DNA of 64,000 nucleotides from Planctomycetota bacterium (lineage in GTDB: Bacteria; Planctomycetota; GCA-002687715; CAIWVZ01). The stretch is taken from assembly GCA_044222185.1 (NCBI GenBank), contig JBGANV010000001.1, positions 1,536,001-1,600,000 of the forward strand, read 5' to 3'. Both the position numbers and the translations under genes were made by a program. Position 1 is the stretch's first letter, and every line of letters starts with the position of its first letter. Below the pieces are notes generated by a model. It was not told the origin of the DNA, did not search any database, and saw only the letters and a program-made list of their open reading frames with translations. Positions 27,646 through 39,756 of this stretch are shown here, piece after piece.

Positions 27646-28958
27646 GAGCCGCTCCGAGTGATGTGCGCGCCGAGTGAGCGCAGTCGCCCCTCGACGTCCT
27701 CGTACCCGCGATCGACCTGATGCGCGTTGCGGATGGTGGATTTGCCCGGGGCCGCCAGCGCCGCGGCAATGAGCGCCATGCCTGCACGGATGTCCGGGGA
27801 GGCCATGGCCGCGCCATGCAGGCGCGAGGGTCCGATGACAACGGCGCGGTGAGGATCGCACAGCACCACGCGCGCGCCCATGGCGATGAGTCGATCCACG
27901 AAGAAGAGTCGGCTCTCGAAGAGCTTCTCGTGAACGAGAACGGTGCCCTTGCATTGCGTCGCGAGGACGAGTGCCAGCGACGTCAGGTCCGCGGGGAACC
28001 CGGGCCATGGAGCGTCGTCCACCTTGGGCACGGCGCCGTCCACGTCGAATCGGACCTCCAGCTCCTGGTCACCCGGCACGACGAGTGAGGTGCCATCGAG
28101 ACACGTCTCCACGCCGAGGCGCGAGTAGACGAGGCGGATCATCCGCAGGTCCTGGGGAACGACGTCACGAATCGTCAGCTGTCCGCGCGTCATGGCTGCG
28201 ATGGCGATGAACGAGCCGATCTCGATGTGATCCGCCGAAAGGCGATGCGGCGTCGGTCGCAGCGAATCCACGCCGTCGATCTCGAGGCGATTGGTTCCGA
28301 TGCCGCGAATGCGCGCGCCCATGGCGTTCAGTGCTCGGCAGAGGCCCTGCACGTGGGGCTCGCACGCGGCGTTCTGGATCGTCGATGCCCCGACGGCGAC
28401 GGCGGCCGCCATCACGGCGTTCTCCGTCGCCATCACGCTCGCTTCGTCGAGGAAGACGTCGGCCCCTCGAAAGCGGCCGCCGCCGAGACTGAGCACGTAG
28501 TTCTCGCCCTCGACCTCGACGGTTGCTCCGAGTTCGCGCAACGCGAGCAGGTGCGTGTCGAGCCGGCGACGGCCAATCTTGTCGCCTCCAGGAGTGGGAA
28601 GCACGGCACGCCCGTTCCGGTGCAGCAGGCCCGGCGCCATGAGAAACGACCCGCGGATGGCGGACGCGAGCGTACGGTCGGGATCGCGACTGCCGAGCGT
28701 CGTGGAATCGAGCTGGATCTCGTGATCGCCGGTGACGCTCACGTCCACGCCGACGTCCGAGAGCACCTCCAGCAACGTCTCCACGTCGCGGATCATGGGG
28801 ACGTTCGAGACGGCGAACGGCCCCGGACAGAGCAGCGATGCGGCGACGACCGGCAGCGCTTCGTTCTTGTTCCCTGACGGTGTGACGACCCCGGAAATGG
28901 GGTGGCCGCCCTCGACGATGAACACGTCGCCGCGAGGCAGCCCACGAAAGAATGCCAC
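27642..28958 (-). CDS. murA: UDP-N-acetylglucosamine 1-carboxyvinyltransferase (Asp at the usual active-site Cys)
   Basis: [50 protein letters not shown]. Confidence 0.95.
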   Translation of the reverse strand: MAFFRGLPRGDVFIVEGGHPISGVVTPSGNKNEALPVVAASLLCPGPFAVSNVPMIRDVETLLEVLSDVGVDVSVTGDHEIQLDSTTLGSRDPDRTLASAIRGSFLMAPGLLHRNGRAVLPTPGGDKIGRRRLDTHLLALRELGATVEVEGENYVLSLGGGRFRGADVFLDEASVMATENAVMAAAVAVGASTIQNAACEPHVQGLCRALNAMGARIRGIGTNRLEIDGVDSLRPTPHRLSADHIEIGSFIAIAAMTRGQLTIRDVVPQDLRMIRLVYSRLGVETCLDGTSLVVPGDQELEVRFDVDGAVPKVDDAPWPGFPADLTSLALVLATQCKGTVLVHEKLFESRLFFVDRLIAMGARVVLCDPHRAVVIGPSRLHGAAMASPDIRAGMALIAAALAAPGKSTIRNAHQVDRGYEDVEGRLRSLGAHITRSGS

Positions 28959-29046
28959 GGTGATCTCCCCTGCGCGTTGGCGCGGTTTCAGGATATCACG
29001 TGGCTGCGAGGCCGCCGCCGGCCGGCCCGCGGCGCCGGTCAGCGCA

Positions 29047-29925
29047 TCAAGGCTTGTAGACCTGCGCGAGCGTCGCCCCCATCTCGGATGGGCTCCTGCA
29101 GACGGCGATCCCAGCGGCCTCCATGGCGCGCATCTTGTCGGCAGCCTTGCCAGACCCGCCGGAAATGATCGCGCCGGCGTGTCCCATGCGCTTCCCGGGC
29201 GGCGCCGTCTGACCCGCGATGAAGCCGACGACCGGCTTCTTCACGTTCGACTTCACGTACTCGGCGGCTTCCTCTTCGTTCGTCCCGCCGATCTCTCCGA
29301 TCATGACGATGGCGCGGGTGTCGGGGTCCGCGTTGAACAGCTTCATCGCCTGGATGTGCGTGGTGCCGATCAGCGGGTCGCCGCCGATTCCGATGCACGT
29401 GCTCTGTCCGATGCCGCGCTGCGTGAGTTGCCAGACGGCCTCGTAGGTCAGCGTCCCGGACCGGGAGATCACGCCGACGTGTCCGCGCTTGTGGATGTAG
29501 CCCGGCATGATGCCGATCTTGCACTCATCGGGAGTGATGATTCCCGGACAATTCGGTCCGATGATCACCATCTGGCTGCCGCGGGACTTCAGCGTCGCGA
29601 ACACCTTGGCCATGTCAGATGCCGGACACCCTTCGGTGATCGGAACGCAGACCTTGATGCCCGCATCGTCCGCCTCGAGGATCGAGTCGGCGAGGAACGG
29701 CGCCGGAACGTAGATGACGGACGCCGTGGCGCCCGTGGCCTCGACGGCTTCTTCGACGGTGTCGAAGACCGGGACGCCGTCCTGTGCCTGCCCGCCCTTG
29801 CCAGGCGTCACGCCGCCGACGATCTTCGTCCCGTACTGCACCATCTGCTGTGCATGGAACTTGCCGGCCGAGCCCGTGATGCCCTGGACGAGGACCTTCG
29901 TGTTCTTGTCGACGAGGATGCTCAT
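29047..29925 (-). CDS. sucD: Succinyl-CoA ligase alpha subunit
   Basis: [41 protein letters not shown]. Confidence 0.97.
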   Translation of the reverse strand: MSILVDKNTKVLVQGITGSAGKFHAQQMVQYGTKIVGGVTPGKGGQAQDGVPVFDTVEEAVEATGATASVIYVPAPFLADSILEADDAGIKVCVPITEGCPASDMAKVFATLKSRGSQMVIIGPNCPGIITPDECKIGIMPGYIHKRGHVGVISRSGTLTYEAVWQLTQRGIGQSTCIGIGGDPLIGTTHIQAMKLFNADPDTRAIVMIGEIGGTNEEEAAEYVKSNVKKPVVGFIAGQTAPPGKRMGHAGAIISGGSGKAADKMRAMEAAGIAVCRSPSEMGATLAQVYKP

Positions 29926-29953
29926 GTGCGTGTTTCCGCTGTCGTCCGTTGGT

Positions 29954-31123
<1,170 letters not shown>

Positions 31124-31219
31124 GCGTCGTTTCCAAGATGCGGCAAGCCGCCGCGCCGCCATTTCAGCGGGCGCGTAGGCTATCGCTCCGATGCGAGCGA
31201 AAGAAGGTTCGCTCCGCGG

Positions 31220-32770
31220 TCATTCCTCCGGGCCGGCGTAGCCAGCCGAAGGGTCGCCGGACGGATCGTCACGGCCATACTCGCCGATCAGCGCACGCAA
31301 GCGGCGGCGGGTTTCGGGGTCGTCGCTGAGGTCGGCGGTCCCGACCCGGTGGATCTTGATCGTGTTGGCCCCTGAGCCGCGAACGACGGACCCCGTCAGC
31401 ACGACCACGACGTCGCCAGCCTCGACGAATCCCGCCGCCAGCAGGCGCTGGATCCCGATGACGTAGAGATCGTCGATGTCCCGCGCCCGGGGCATGAGAA
31501 CCGGCGTCACGCCCCAGCACAACGCGAGGCGGTGGTAGGCGGAGAGGTTGTAGGTGCAGGCCACGACCGGTGTTCGCGGGCGCATTCCGGCCACGAGGAA
31601 GGCCGTCCACCCCGACGCCGTGAACGGGACGATGGCACGGGCGCCGACCTCCTCGGCCGCCACGCATGACGCGCGGACGGCGGCGTGGACGACGCCCTGT
31701 CCCTCTGGCAGGTGGAAGCGCGTCATCTCCCGCGAGAAGTGCTCGCTCTGCTCGGCGATGAGGGCGATCTCCGCCATGGTGCGGACGGTCTCCACCGGGA
31801 ACTTCCCTGTCGCCGTCTCGGCGGAGAGCATCACGACATCGGAGCCGTCGAAGATCGCGTTGGCGACGTCGCTGGCTTCGGCGCGCGTGGGCCGGGGATT
31901 TCGCGTCATGCTCTCCAGCATCTGCGTCGCCGTGATGACGAGGCGGCTCTTGCGCCGTGCGGCCGCGATGACCTGTTTCTGGACGACGGGCACGCGCTCG
32001 GGCGACATCTCGACGCCCAGGTCTCCGCGCGCGACCATGATGCCGTCCGACACGTCCAGGATCTGTTCGATGTTGTCGACGGCGTCCGGTTTCTCGATCT
32101 TCGCGATGACGGGGATGCTGGCACCGCGCTCCGTGATGAGGCGCTTGAGGTCGACGACGTCGCTCGCGTCACGAACGAACGACAGGGCCACCATGTCGAT
32201 GCCGTGCTCGACGATGAACTGGAGGTCGACGTGGTCCTTGGGGGTGATCGACGGGATGCTGAGTCGCACCTCGGGCAGGTTCAGCCCCTTGCGCGACAGC
32301 AATTGCCCTCCGAACTTCACGGTTGCATGGACGTCCCCACCCTCGATCCGCTCGACGACCAGTTCCAGGCTGCCGTCGTCGATCAACACCCGGTTTCCGG
32401 GCTGAACATCTTCGGCGAGATGCGTGTAGTCGACGGCGATCACGCCCGGTCGGCTGAACTCGGCGCGCGACGTGATGATGACGCTCTGCCCGGCGACGAC
32501 CTCCACGGGGTTGCCGTCGAGGACGTCACGGGTGCGGAGCTTGGGACCGCAGAGGTCGCCGACGATCGTCAGCGGACGCTCGATCCGCCGGGAGACCTCG
32601 CGGACGCGCTCGACAAGTTCGTGCTTTGCTTCGTGCGCCCCGTGGGAGAAGTTGAGCCGAAACGCCGAGGCGCCCGCGCGAGCGAGCGCCTCGATCATCT
32701 CGACGGAAGATGAGGCTGGACCCAGCGTCGCAAGAATGCGCGTGCCAGGGCGGTCGAGGAGTCGACTCAT
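31220..32770 (-). CDS. pyk: Pyruvate kinase
   Basis: ILATLGPAS, RLNFSHG, IAKIEK, MVARGDLGVE, ATQMLESM, PTRAEASDV. Confidence 0.97.
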   Translation of the reverse strand: MSRLLDRPGTRILATLGPASSSVEMIEALARAGASAFRLNFSHGAHEAKHELVERVREVSRRIERPLTIVGDLCGPKLRTRDVLDGNPVEVVAGQSVIITSRAEFSRPGVIAVDYTHLAEDVQPGNRVLIDDGSLELVVERIEGGDVHATVKFGGQLLSRKGLNLPEVRLSIPSITPKDHVDLQFIVEHGIDMVALSFVRDASDVVDLKRLITERGASIPVIAKIEKPDAVDNIEQILDVSDGIMVARGDLGVEMSPERVPVVQKQVIAAARRKSRLVITATQMLESMTRNPRPTRAEASDVANAIFDGSDVVMLSAETATGKFPVETVRTMAEIALIAEQSEHFSREMTRFHLPEGQGVVHAAVRASCVAAEEVGARAIVPFTASGWTAFLVAGMRPRTPVVACTYNLSAYHRLALCWGVTPVLMPRARDIDDLYVIGIQRLLAAGFVEAGDVVVVLTGSVVRGSGANTIKIHRVGTADLSDDPETRRRLRALIGEYGRDDPSGDPSAGYAGPEE

Positions 32771-32785
32771 TTCGCGGAGTAACGA

Positions 32786-33721
32786 TCAGCCGAGCAGCGC
32801 GATGTCGTCGCGGACCTTCTTGGCCGAGTCGTGCAACGCCGCCTTTTCGCCGGCGTCGAGGGGGAGCTCGATGATCTGCTCGAGCCCGCCCTTGCCCAAC
32901 TTGCACGGCACGCCGACCCAGTCGTCGTTCAGCCCGTACTGCCCCGTGAGGTGCACGCAGCACGGAAGGACGCGCTTCTCGTCCCAGAGGATCGACTGGA
33001 TCATCGAAACGGAGGACGCCGACGGCGCGTAGTAGGCGGAGCCGGTCTTGAGCAGCGCGACGATCTCGGCGCCGCCGTCGCGCGTTCGCTTGACGAGCGC
33101 GTCGATCCGGTCCTGCTTCATCAGCGTCGTCAGCGAGATCCCCGACACCGTCGAGAAGCGCGGGAGCGGGACCATGCTGTCGCCGTGGCCGCCCAACACC
33201 ATGGCATCGACGTCCTTCATCGACACGCCGAGTTCCATCGAGATGAAGCTGCGGAAGCGCGCCGAATCCAGCACACCGGCCATGCCGATGACGCGCTTGT
33301 CACCGAACTTGGAGATCTTGTGGGCGAGGTAGGTCATCACGTCCAGCGGGTTGCTGACCATGACGATGATGGCGTTCGGTGAGCGCTTGACGCACTCGGT
33401 GACGACGCCGCTGACGATGGCAGCGTTCGTCTTGAGGAGGTCGGAGCGCGACATGCCCGGTTTGCGCGCGATGCCGGCGGTGATGAGGATCACGTCCGAG
33501 CCCTCGGTCGCGTCGTAGGTGTTCGAACCGGTGATCTTGGCGTCGAAGTCGAGCACCGGCGCCGACTCCATCATGTCGAGAGCCTTGCCCTGCGGCATCC
33601 CGTCGACGATGTCGACGAGGACCACGTCCGCGAGGTTCTTCTCGACGATCCGCTGCGCGGAGGTCGCGCCGACGTTTCCACCGCCAACGACGGTGACTTT
33701 GTAATGTCCCAATCCCGACAT
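32786..33721 (-). CDS. mdh: Malate dehydrogenase (LDH-like)
   Basis: GGGNVG, TAGIARKPGMSRSDLL, SNPLD, GMAGVLDSARF, LGGHGD. Confidence 0.96.
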   Translation of the reverse strand: MSGLGHYKVTVVGGGNVGATSAQRIVEKNLADVVLVDIVDGMPQGKALDMMESAPVLDFDAKITGSNTYDATEGSDVILITAGIARKPGMSRSDLLKTNAAIVSGVVTECVKRSPNAIIVMVSNPLDVMTYLAHKISKFGDKRVIGMAGVLDSARFRSFISMELGVSMKDVDAMVLGGHGDSMVPLPRFSTVSGISLTTLMKQDRIDALVKRTRDGGAEIVALLKTGSAYYAPSASSVSMIQSILWDEKRVLPCCVHLTGQYGLNDDWVGVPCKLGKGGLEQIIELPLDAGEKAALHDSAKKVRDDIALLG

Positions 33722-33866
33722 CGCTGACTCCTCGGCGCCGTGTCCGAACGCTTGGCCGGCACGGCTGATTCAATGACGCCACGGATTTCCGTGGCGGGCC
33801 GATGGTAGCAGCGACCTCAACACGCCGAAGGGTGTGCGAGGTGCGGACGGGCAGGACTCGCGCGGG

Positions 33867-34988
33867 TCACTTGGGCTTCAGAAGCTTGTCCTTGTTCGAC
33901 GCCCACCAGGCGTCCCACTCCTTGGCGCGAGCTTCCCGCTCGGGAGCGGATGCGCCCGGGTCGAACGCAACGTCGGCCGACGTGAGCGCCTTCAACGCTT
34001 CGCGCGCCGACGCACGCACGAAGTAGTCCTCGTCGCGAAGCGATTTCAGGAGGATGGGGATCGAGCTGTGCGACCCGAGCTTGCGCAGTTGCCGCACGAC
34101 GGCGTCGCGCACGTAGCTCTCCGGGTCTGCAACCGCCGCTTCGAGGGCCGAGATGACGGTGTCACCCTTCAGGCGTCCGAGTTCGATCACGGCCTTGTAG
34201 CGCTCGGCGGCCTCCGGGTCCTTCAGCTTCCCGATGAGATCCCGCTGCTCCTTCTCCGCCGTCATGTCCGTCTCGGTCACCGGCGCCGACTCCGGAGTCG
34301 CGGGCGCGGTCTTCGGCATGGCGGCGAGCTCGGCGACCTTGGCCGCCAACTCCGAGACGCGGCGGTCGGATTGATCGAGACCAGCTCGCAGCGTGGCCAT
34401 GGACTCGGTGCCTTCCGCGCCGAGCTTCTTCAACGCATCGAGCTCCTTCGCGACCGCCGCCCGATCGGCCTTCATCGATTCCAGGACGCGCTGCTCGACG
34501 GCGGCGACCTCCGTGCGGAGCGTGGCGGCGAGGACGTTCCATTTCTCCGTGGCGCCGGCCAGTTCCTTCTCGACGCGGCCCAGCGATTCCATGAGGTCCG
34601 CGCGCTGCGTCGCGGCGTCCTCGCGGGAGAGCGACTCGCGCCGATAGGCATCGGCGTCCGCCCGCAGACGCGTGACGTCCTTGTCCACGCCCGAGAGCTT
34701 GGTCTCGACCGCCTGCAGCTGCCGCCCCATGAGGAACGCGGCCGAGCCGACGAGCGTCGCGACGAGCAGCAGCAATGCCACGACGACGCCCGTCGACACC
34801 CTTGCCGCCTCGCGAGGCTTGCGCGGCGCGCACTTGGCGCAGTAGATTTTGCCTGCATCGATCGCGATGCGATTCGCGTTGATGTCCTTCAGCGGGATGC
34901 TTTCGTTGCACCCGTCGCAGAAATAGATCTTGAGCGACATGTTGTGGCTCGGGTTGGGCAGGACCGCCTCACTCTGCGTCGCCGTCAT
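33867..34988 (-). CDS. Zn-ribbon / TM / coiled-coil / HEAT-repeat protein (alternative start 34940)
   Basis: FCDGC...YCAKC, one TM helix, long heptad region, three HEAT repeats, WDAWW end motif. Confidence 0.85.
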   Translation of the reverse strand: MTATQSEAVLPNPSHNMSLKIYFCDGCNESIPLKDINANRIAIDAGKIYCAKCAPRKPREAARVSTGVVVALLLLVATLVGSAAFLMGRQLQAVETKLSGVDKDVTRLRADADAYRRESLSREDAATQRADLMESLGRVEKELAGATEKWNVLAATLRTEVAAVEQRVLESMKADRAAVAKELDALKKLGAEGTESMATLRAGLDQSDRRVSELAAKVAELAAMPKTAPATPESAPVTETDMTAEKEQRDLIGKLKDPEAAERYKAVIELGRLKGDTVISALEAAVADPESYVRDAVVRQLRKLGSHSSIPILLKSLRDEDYFVRASAREALKALTSADVAFDPGASAPEREARAKEWDAWWASNKDKLLKPK

Positions 34989-35173
34989 AGTCCGTTCCTC
35001 GTTCTGGTGTTCAGGCCCGGCCCAGGCTCGGTCCGCGGACCGGGTCCGAGAGCGCCGGCCCCGCTGTCATGGGGTCTCGACCAGTTTGAACGGCAGGACG
35101 TCTTGGCTGATTGAAGATTTCCCGCAAAGTGTGGTAACCGGGCCGCCCGGCTCCATCACCGGCGGCCGATAGT

Positions 35174-35563
35174 ATGCCCAAACGCCCCCCAAAAGCGCTC
35201 ATCGATCTTGGCCGGAACTTCCAGATCGACGTGTTTCGGGAGCACCTGTCCTCGCATCCGGACGATGCGTCGGTGCTCGAAGCCCTGGGCCATCTGCTCA
35301 CGCGGTGCGGGCGATTCGACGAGGGCCTGGCGGCCGACCGCCGGCTCGTGGACCTGACGCCGGAAGCCCCCGTCGCGCACTACAACCTGTCCTGCTCCCT
35401 GGCCCTGACTGGCGATCTCGACGCGGCGCTCGCGAGCCTGCGTCGAGCGCTCGAACTGGGCTATCGCGAGTTCGGCTTCATCCGGAAGGACCGCGACCTG
35501 AGGGACCTTCGCGCGGATCCGCGCTTCGAAGCACTGCTTCGCGAGTTCGGCGACGCCGCGTGA
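35174..35563 (+). CDS. TPR protein
   Basis: AHYNLSCSLALTGDLDAALASLRRALELGY...DRDLRDLRADPRF. Confidence 0.85.
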   Translation: MPKRPPKALIDLGRNFQIDVFREHLSSHPDDASVLEALGHLLTRCGRFDEGLAADRRLVDLTPEAPVAHYNLSCSLALTGDLDAALASLRRALELGYREFGFIRKDRDLRDLRADPRFEALLREFGDAA

Positions 35564-35578
35564 GGCGGAACCGGGCGC

Positions 35579-36193
35579 TCACTTGTAGACGAGCTCGGCC
35601 CGGCGCCGCTGCCACCACTTCGACCACCGGCCGACGGCCGCTGCGCGCTCCTCGTCACTGCCGGCGAAGTCGTACCCCAGGTCCTCCTTCGTGAATTCCT
35701 TCAACGCCTGGAAGGCCTTGTATCGCATCCGGCGGTCCTGGTCGCCGAGGAAACCGATCAGCACCGGCACTCCACTCCAATCCCGGAACTGCAGGAGCGA
35801 CGAGGCTGCCTCGTAGCGCACGACGGGATCCTTGTCGCGAAGCTGAGCACCGACGATGGCATGGGCCTCCGAGCCCCCGATCAGGCCGAGGACGTACACC
35901 AGGTTGGCACGCTGAGTGGCGTCGGTGTTCGGCAGGGTCTCCGCGATCGGCGAGAGGGCCAGCTCGCGATAGGCGGCGATTTCCTGCATGGTTCGGACGA
36001 GTTCCCCCCCCTGCTCGATCTTCATCTGCTCGATCTTCGAGCGGACGCGGGCCTCGACACGCTCGACGGGCGATGGACCGGTGGATGGCTGCTTCTCCTC
36101 CATGATCCCGCCGTCTGGGCGGAAGGTCTCGCTCACGCATCCCCCGCAGACCGCCAGAGCCGCCATTGCCAAACCTGCGACGCGCCAACCCAT
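35579..36193 (-). CDS. HEAT-repeat lipoprotein
   Basis: Signal with lipobox-like LAVCGGC; LRDKDPVVRYEAA, LGDQDRRMRYKA repeats; WSKWW. Confidence 0.8.
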   Translation of the reverse strand: MGWRVAGLAMAALAVCGGCVSETFRPDGGIMEEKQPSTGPSPVERVEARVRSKIEQMKIEQGGELVRTMQEIAAYRELALSPIAETLPNTDATQRANLVYVLGLIGGSEAHAIVGAQLRDKDPVVRYEAASSLLQFRDWSGVPVLIGFLGDQDRRMRYKAFQALKEFTKEDLGYDFAGSDEERAAAVGRWSKWWQRRRAELVYK

Positions 36194-36236
36194 GCCGATT
36201 CTCCCTGGTCGGGCAGAAACCTCCGCCCGACTGAAG

Positions 36237-38519
36237 CTATCGGCCTGCGCGGGTCTCGGACCTGAATCGTCGGCCGTCCGATCGGAGCAACAGCCACACG
36301 GCCCAGGCTGCGGCCGACACGGCAAGCCAGGCGATTCGCGACCGTGGCTGGCCCGTCACCGGGTCGCTCGCGGCGTCGTCCCGCGCCTGGGGCGGCCACA
36401 CGTACTCAGGGTCACCTGGATACGGCAGCGGGACCTCGACCCGGCCCATTGCAACCGACTCGACCGCGCCCCAGGGCGTCGTGGGACGGCCGTCAGGCGG
36501 GAACCGCCACTGGCCCGGCGCGACCTCGGCAAGTGACCAGGTCCGACCCCCTGCCTCGAAGCGGGCGGAGTCGGTGGGTGCCGTCGCCGGGTCCGGCCAG
36601 ACCAGGACGAGGCGCCCCTCGATGACGCGGATCCGCGGTGCGTGCCGGCCGGCCGGCCGCGCGATGCGAGCCACCCACTGACCAACCTCGGGCTCGTCCG
36701 CCGAAAACGGCCATGCCGCGAACGCGGCGACGCGTCCCCGTCCCCGCAGGGTCTCGGCGACCAGGGGACGGCCGTCGGCGGTGGTCAAAGACACTTGGGC
36801 GTCGCGCCCGACCCGTACGCCGTTACGCCACGGGACGTCCGGACCCGGCCCGCCGTCCGACAGTCGCGTGGGGATCCGGCCGGCGACGAAAGCCTCTCGA
36901 TCGACGGCGTCGAGCAGTACGCGGGGCGTCACCGCTTCGGCATCGACGCGCCTCGCGCCGAGCCTGTCGACGCGCGAACGCGTCTGGGACTTCGGGTCCA
37001 GGAGTACGAACACGGTCTCGACGCGCAACGTGGCGAGGCGTGACCGCGCCGCATCCAACGCCCCATCGACGTCGGCGGACTCGTCCTCGGCATCGCTGAG
37101 GACGACGAGGACGCGATCGCGCTCCCCCTTCGGCGGGCTCCGGAACACCTCGGCGAGCGCCGGCGCCAGGCGCGTCCCGCCGGACGCGACGAGTTTCCGC
37201 AGCCTGGGCGTCGCGCCGGAAACGAACGCGTCGCCTCCCACCGGCTCGGCAGGGATCGCATCCAGGGGCTCGTTCGCGAACGGGACCACGCTGATCCGGT
37301 CATCGGGGCCAAGGCTCGACGCCAGAAGCACGACCGCATCGACCGCGCGCTCCAGGCGCCCCGAGGCTTCCATGCTCCCCGACCGATCGAGCAACACCGT
37401 GATCTCACGCGCACGCTCGGGCGCTGACGACAGCGGCAGGGTCTTCTCCAGCGCAGATGCCGCGTAGGACCCTCCGCGAAAGGCTCTCGGGCCGCCGATC
37501 ACGATCAAGCCGACTCCGGCTTCGTCGACGGCCGTCGAGAGTCGTGCGACCCCGTCAGCGTCACGGGCCCGCGCAACGGGAACGTCGGCGGCGATCACGA
37601 CGTCGAATCGTGCGAGCGGTGAGCCGTCGATCAGACCCTCCCAGGAATCCACACGGGTCACGTCGAGGTCCACGCCGGCGAGTGCATGCTCGACGAGCTT
37701 CGTCGCGGCCGATTCACCGACGACGCAGGCCGCCCGTCGTCCCGCCCGCCGCAAGGGCAGCGTGATCGTGTCGTTTGCAGGGACGCCATCCGGTCCCGCC
37801 TCGCGCACCAGGTGAACGGAGATCGAGTTGGCGCGCGGGTCCACGCGGATGTCGCCGCCGCAGGGTGTGAGGACACCAGGACGCACGGTCACGGGAGGCC
37901 AACCGGTTGCGGCGCCGTCGATCTCGATCGACACGTCCTCCGGCCCGGCCATCGACCCCGTGAGCGTGACCAGGATGCGTGCGGAATCGGCGGCGACGTC
38001 GACGGGTTCGCAGGGGCCAAACCGGAGGTCCGTCGCCGCGACGTCGAGGGGCCCCTCCAATACGAGATGGATGCGACGCTGGCGCAGGGTTGCGCTCGGC
38101 GCGGCCAGATCTCCAGGATTCCACCGCCCGTCCGAGAACAGGTGCGCAACGCCGCCCCGGTCGTCCGTGGTCAGCGACTCGACAACGCGCAAGGCCGCAG
38201 CCACGTCCGATCGATCCACGAACCCCGGCTCGATCCCCGCGAGACTTGCGGGGATCTCCGGCAATTCGTTCCCGAGGGGACTGAGGACGACGGCGCCCCG
38301 GCCGAATGCGACGGCCGCGACGCGACGCGACCCCTCCGCGCGCGCACGCCACCAATCACGCGCCCGCGTGTAGATCTGGAGCGGGTCAGGCCCATGACTC
38401 CGCGACACGTCGATCAAGAGGATGACGTCCGGCGCGGTCGACGCCGAGCGCATGCCGACGGCTCCGATGACGGCGAGCAGGAGCGCCAGTCCGCCGAAGG
38501 CCCAGCGCATCGCGTTCAC
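36237..38519 (-). CDS. Membrane-anchored double-VWA-domain protein with glutamine-amidotransferase-like middle domain
   Basis: MIDAS-like IDVSRS and LDRSGSM; FSDG, GGTRL, LSDAE; GLIVIGGPRAFRGGSY...LEKTLP; N- and C-terminal TM. GTG start overlaps the mnmA stop. Confidence 0.8.
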   Translation of the reverse strand: MNAMRWAFGGLALLLAVIGAVGMRSASTAPDVILLIDVSRSHGPDPLQIYTRARDWWRARAEGSRRVAAVAFGRGAVVLSPLGNELPEIPASLAGIEPGFVDRSDVAAALRVVESLTTDDRGGVAHLFSDGRWNPGDLAAPSATLRQRRIHLVLEGPLDVAATDLRFGPCEPVDVAADSARILVTLTGSMAGPEDVSIEIDGAATGWPPVTVRPGVLTPCGGDIRVDPRANSISVHLVREAGPDGVPANDTITLPLRRAGRRAACVVGESAATKLVEHALAGVDLDVTRVDSWEGLIDGSPLARFDVVIAADVPVARARDADGVARLSTAVDEAGVGLIVIGGPRAFRGGSYAASALEKTLPLSSAPERAREITVLLDRSGSMEASGRLERAVDAVVLLASSLGPDDRISVVPFANEPLDAIPAEPVGGDAFVSGATPRLRKLVASGGTRLAPALAEVFRSPPKGERDRVLVVLSDAEDESADVDGALDAARSRLATLRVETVFVLLDPKSQTRSRVDRLGARRVDAEAVTPRVLLDAVDREAFVAGRIPTRLSDGGPGPDVPWRNGVRVGRDAQVSLTTADGRPLVAETLRGRGRVAAFAAWPFSADEPEVGQWVARIARPAGRHAPRIRVIEGRLVLVWPDPATAPTDSARFEAGGRTWSLAEVAPGQWRFPPDGRPTTPWGAVESVAMGRVEVPLPYPGDPEYVWPPQARDDAASDPVTGQPRSRIAWLAVSAAAWAVWLLLRSDGRRFRSETRAGR

Positions 38520-39610
38520 GCGCTCGCACCGACGGATTCGATCCACCCGCCGAGCAGCACGCAATCGCCGTCGTACGCGACCGCGGCCTGGCCTGGCGTG
38601 ACGGCGGACGTGGGGTCGTCGAACGTCACTCGCGCCGAGCCATCGCCCGCGAGCGTGACGGTCGCCGGCGTCGCCGTGTGCTGGTGCCGGATCTTCACGT
38701 CCGCGCGGAATTCCGCGCCGCTACCCGGCGAGGCGGCGCCGAACACGACGTCCCGAATGCGGAACGTCCGCTCGAGAAGGTCGTCGCGAGCGCCGACGAT
38801 CACGCGGTTCGCCGCAACGTCGATGCGCGTCACGTAGAGGGGATCCTTGCGTCCCCCGGGAAGCCCGCGGCGCTGTCCGATCGTGAATCCGGCCGTCCCG
38901 GCGTGTGCACCGATGACGACGCCGTCCGCATCCACGATCGGGCCGGGCACTCCCTCGCCGCCCGGCGCAGCGCGCACCACGTCGCGGTAGTCCCCCGTGG
39001 GAACGAAGCAGATCTCCATGCTCTCGGGCTTCTCGGCGACGCGGAGGTCCAACCGACGCGCGTGCTCGCGAACCTCCGACTTCGTCATCTCGCCCAATGG
39101 GAATCGCGCGCGGCGCAGGACGGCCTGGTCGAGTGGAAACAGCACGTAGGACTGATCCTTGCGGGCGTCCCTGCCGCGCGCGATCGCCAGTCGCGTCCCG
39201 CGATCGACGATCCGCGCGTAGTGTCCCGTCGCGACGGCCGACGCCCCGATCTCGTCCGCAAGGCGGAGGAGCCGGCCGAACTTGAACCTCCGGTTGCACT
39301 CGATGCACGGGTTCGGCGTCAGCCCGGCCCGATACGCGGCGACGAACTCGTCGATCAGTCCCGCGAAACCGTCCTCCAGGTCCACCGCGTAGAACGGAAT
39401 GCCGAGCTGGTCGGCGACTCGACGCGCGTCGAACGCATCGTCGAGCCCGCAGCACCCCTGGTGCCCGCGACGCCCCTCGCCCGACTTCACGCCATTGCGC
39501 ATGAACGCGCCGACGACCCTGAACCCGGACTCCTTCAGCAAGGCGGCGGCGACGCTGCTGTCAACTCCGCCGCTCATGGCGACGAGGATCGTCTGGGTGT
39601 CGTTCGACAT
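38516..39610 (-). CDS. mnmA: tRNA 2-thiouridylase
   Basis: AMSGGVDSS, TPNPCIECN, ATGHYAR, KDQSY, ESMEICF, TIGQRRG, TPGQ. Confidence 0.97.
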   Translation of the reverse strand: MSNDTQTILVAMSGGVDSSVAAALLKESGFRVVGAFMRNGVKSGEGRRGHQGCCGLDDAFDARRVADQLGIPFYAVDLEDGFAGLIDEFVAAYRAGLTPNPCIECNRRFKFGRLLRLADEIGASAVATGHYARIVDRGTRLAIARGRDARKDQSYVLFPLDQAVLRRARFPLGEMTKSEVREHARRLDLRVAEKPESMEICFVPTGDYRDVVRAAPGGEGVPGPIVDADGVVIGAHAGTAGFTIGQRRGLPGGRKDPLYVTRIDVAANRVIVGARDDLLERTFRIRDVVFGAASPGSGAEFRADVKIRHQHTATPATVTLAGDGSARVTFDDPTSAVTPGQAAVAYDGDCVLLGGWIESVGASA

Positions 39611-39756
39611 CACGAATTCGGAGCCTCGATGGCGACCATGATAGCCCGCGACGCAGTCGCCGGAACGGCGCCCGCTGGTTCACCCCTGGAGCGCTGCTAC
39701 GATCCCGCCCTTCGTTGGCGACGTCGGATCGCAAACCATCGGCTTAGGACTTCAGC

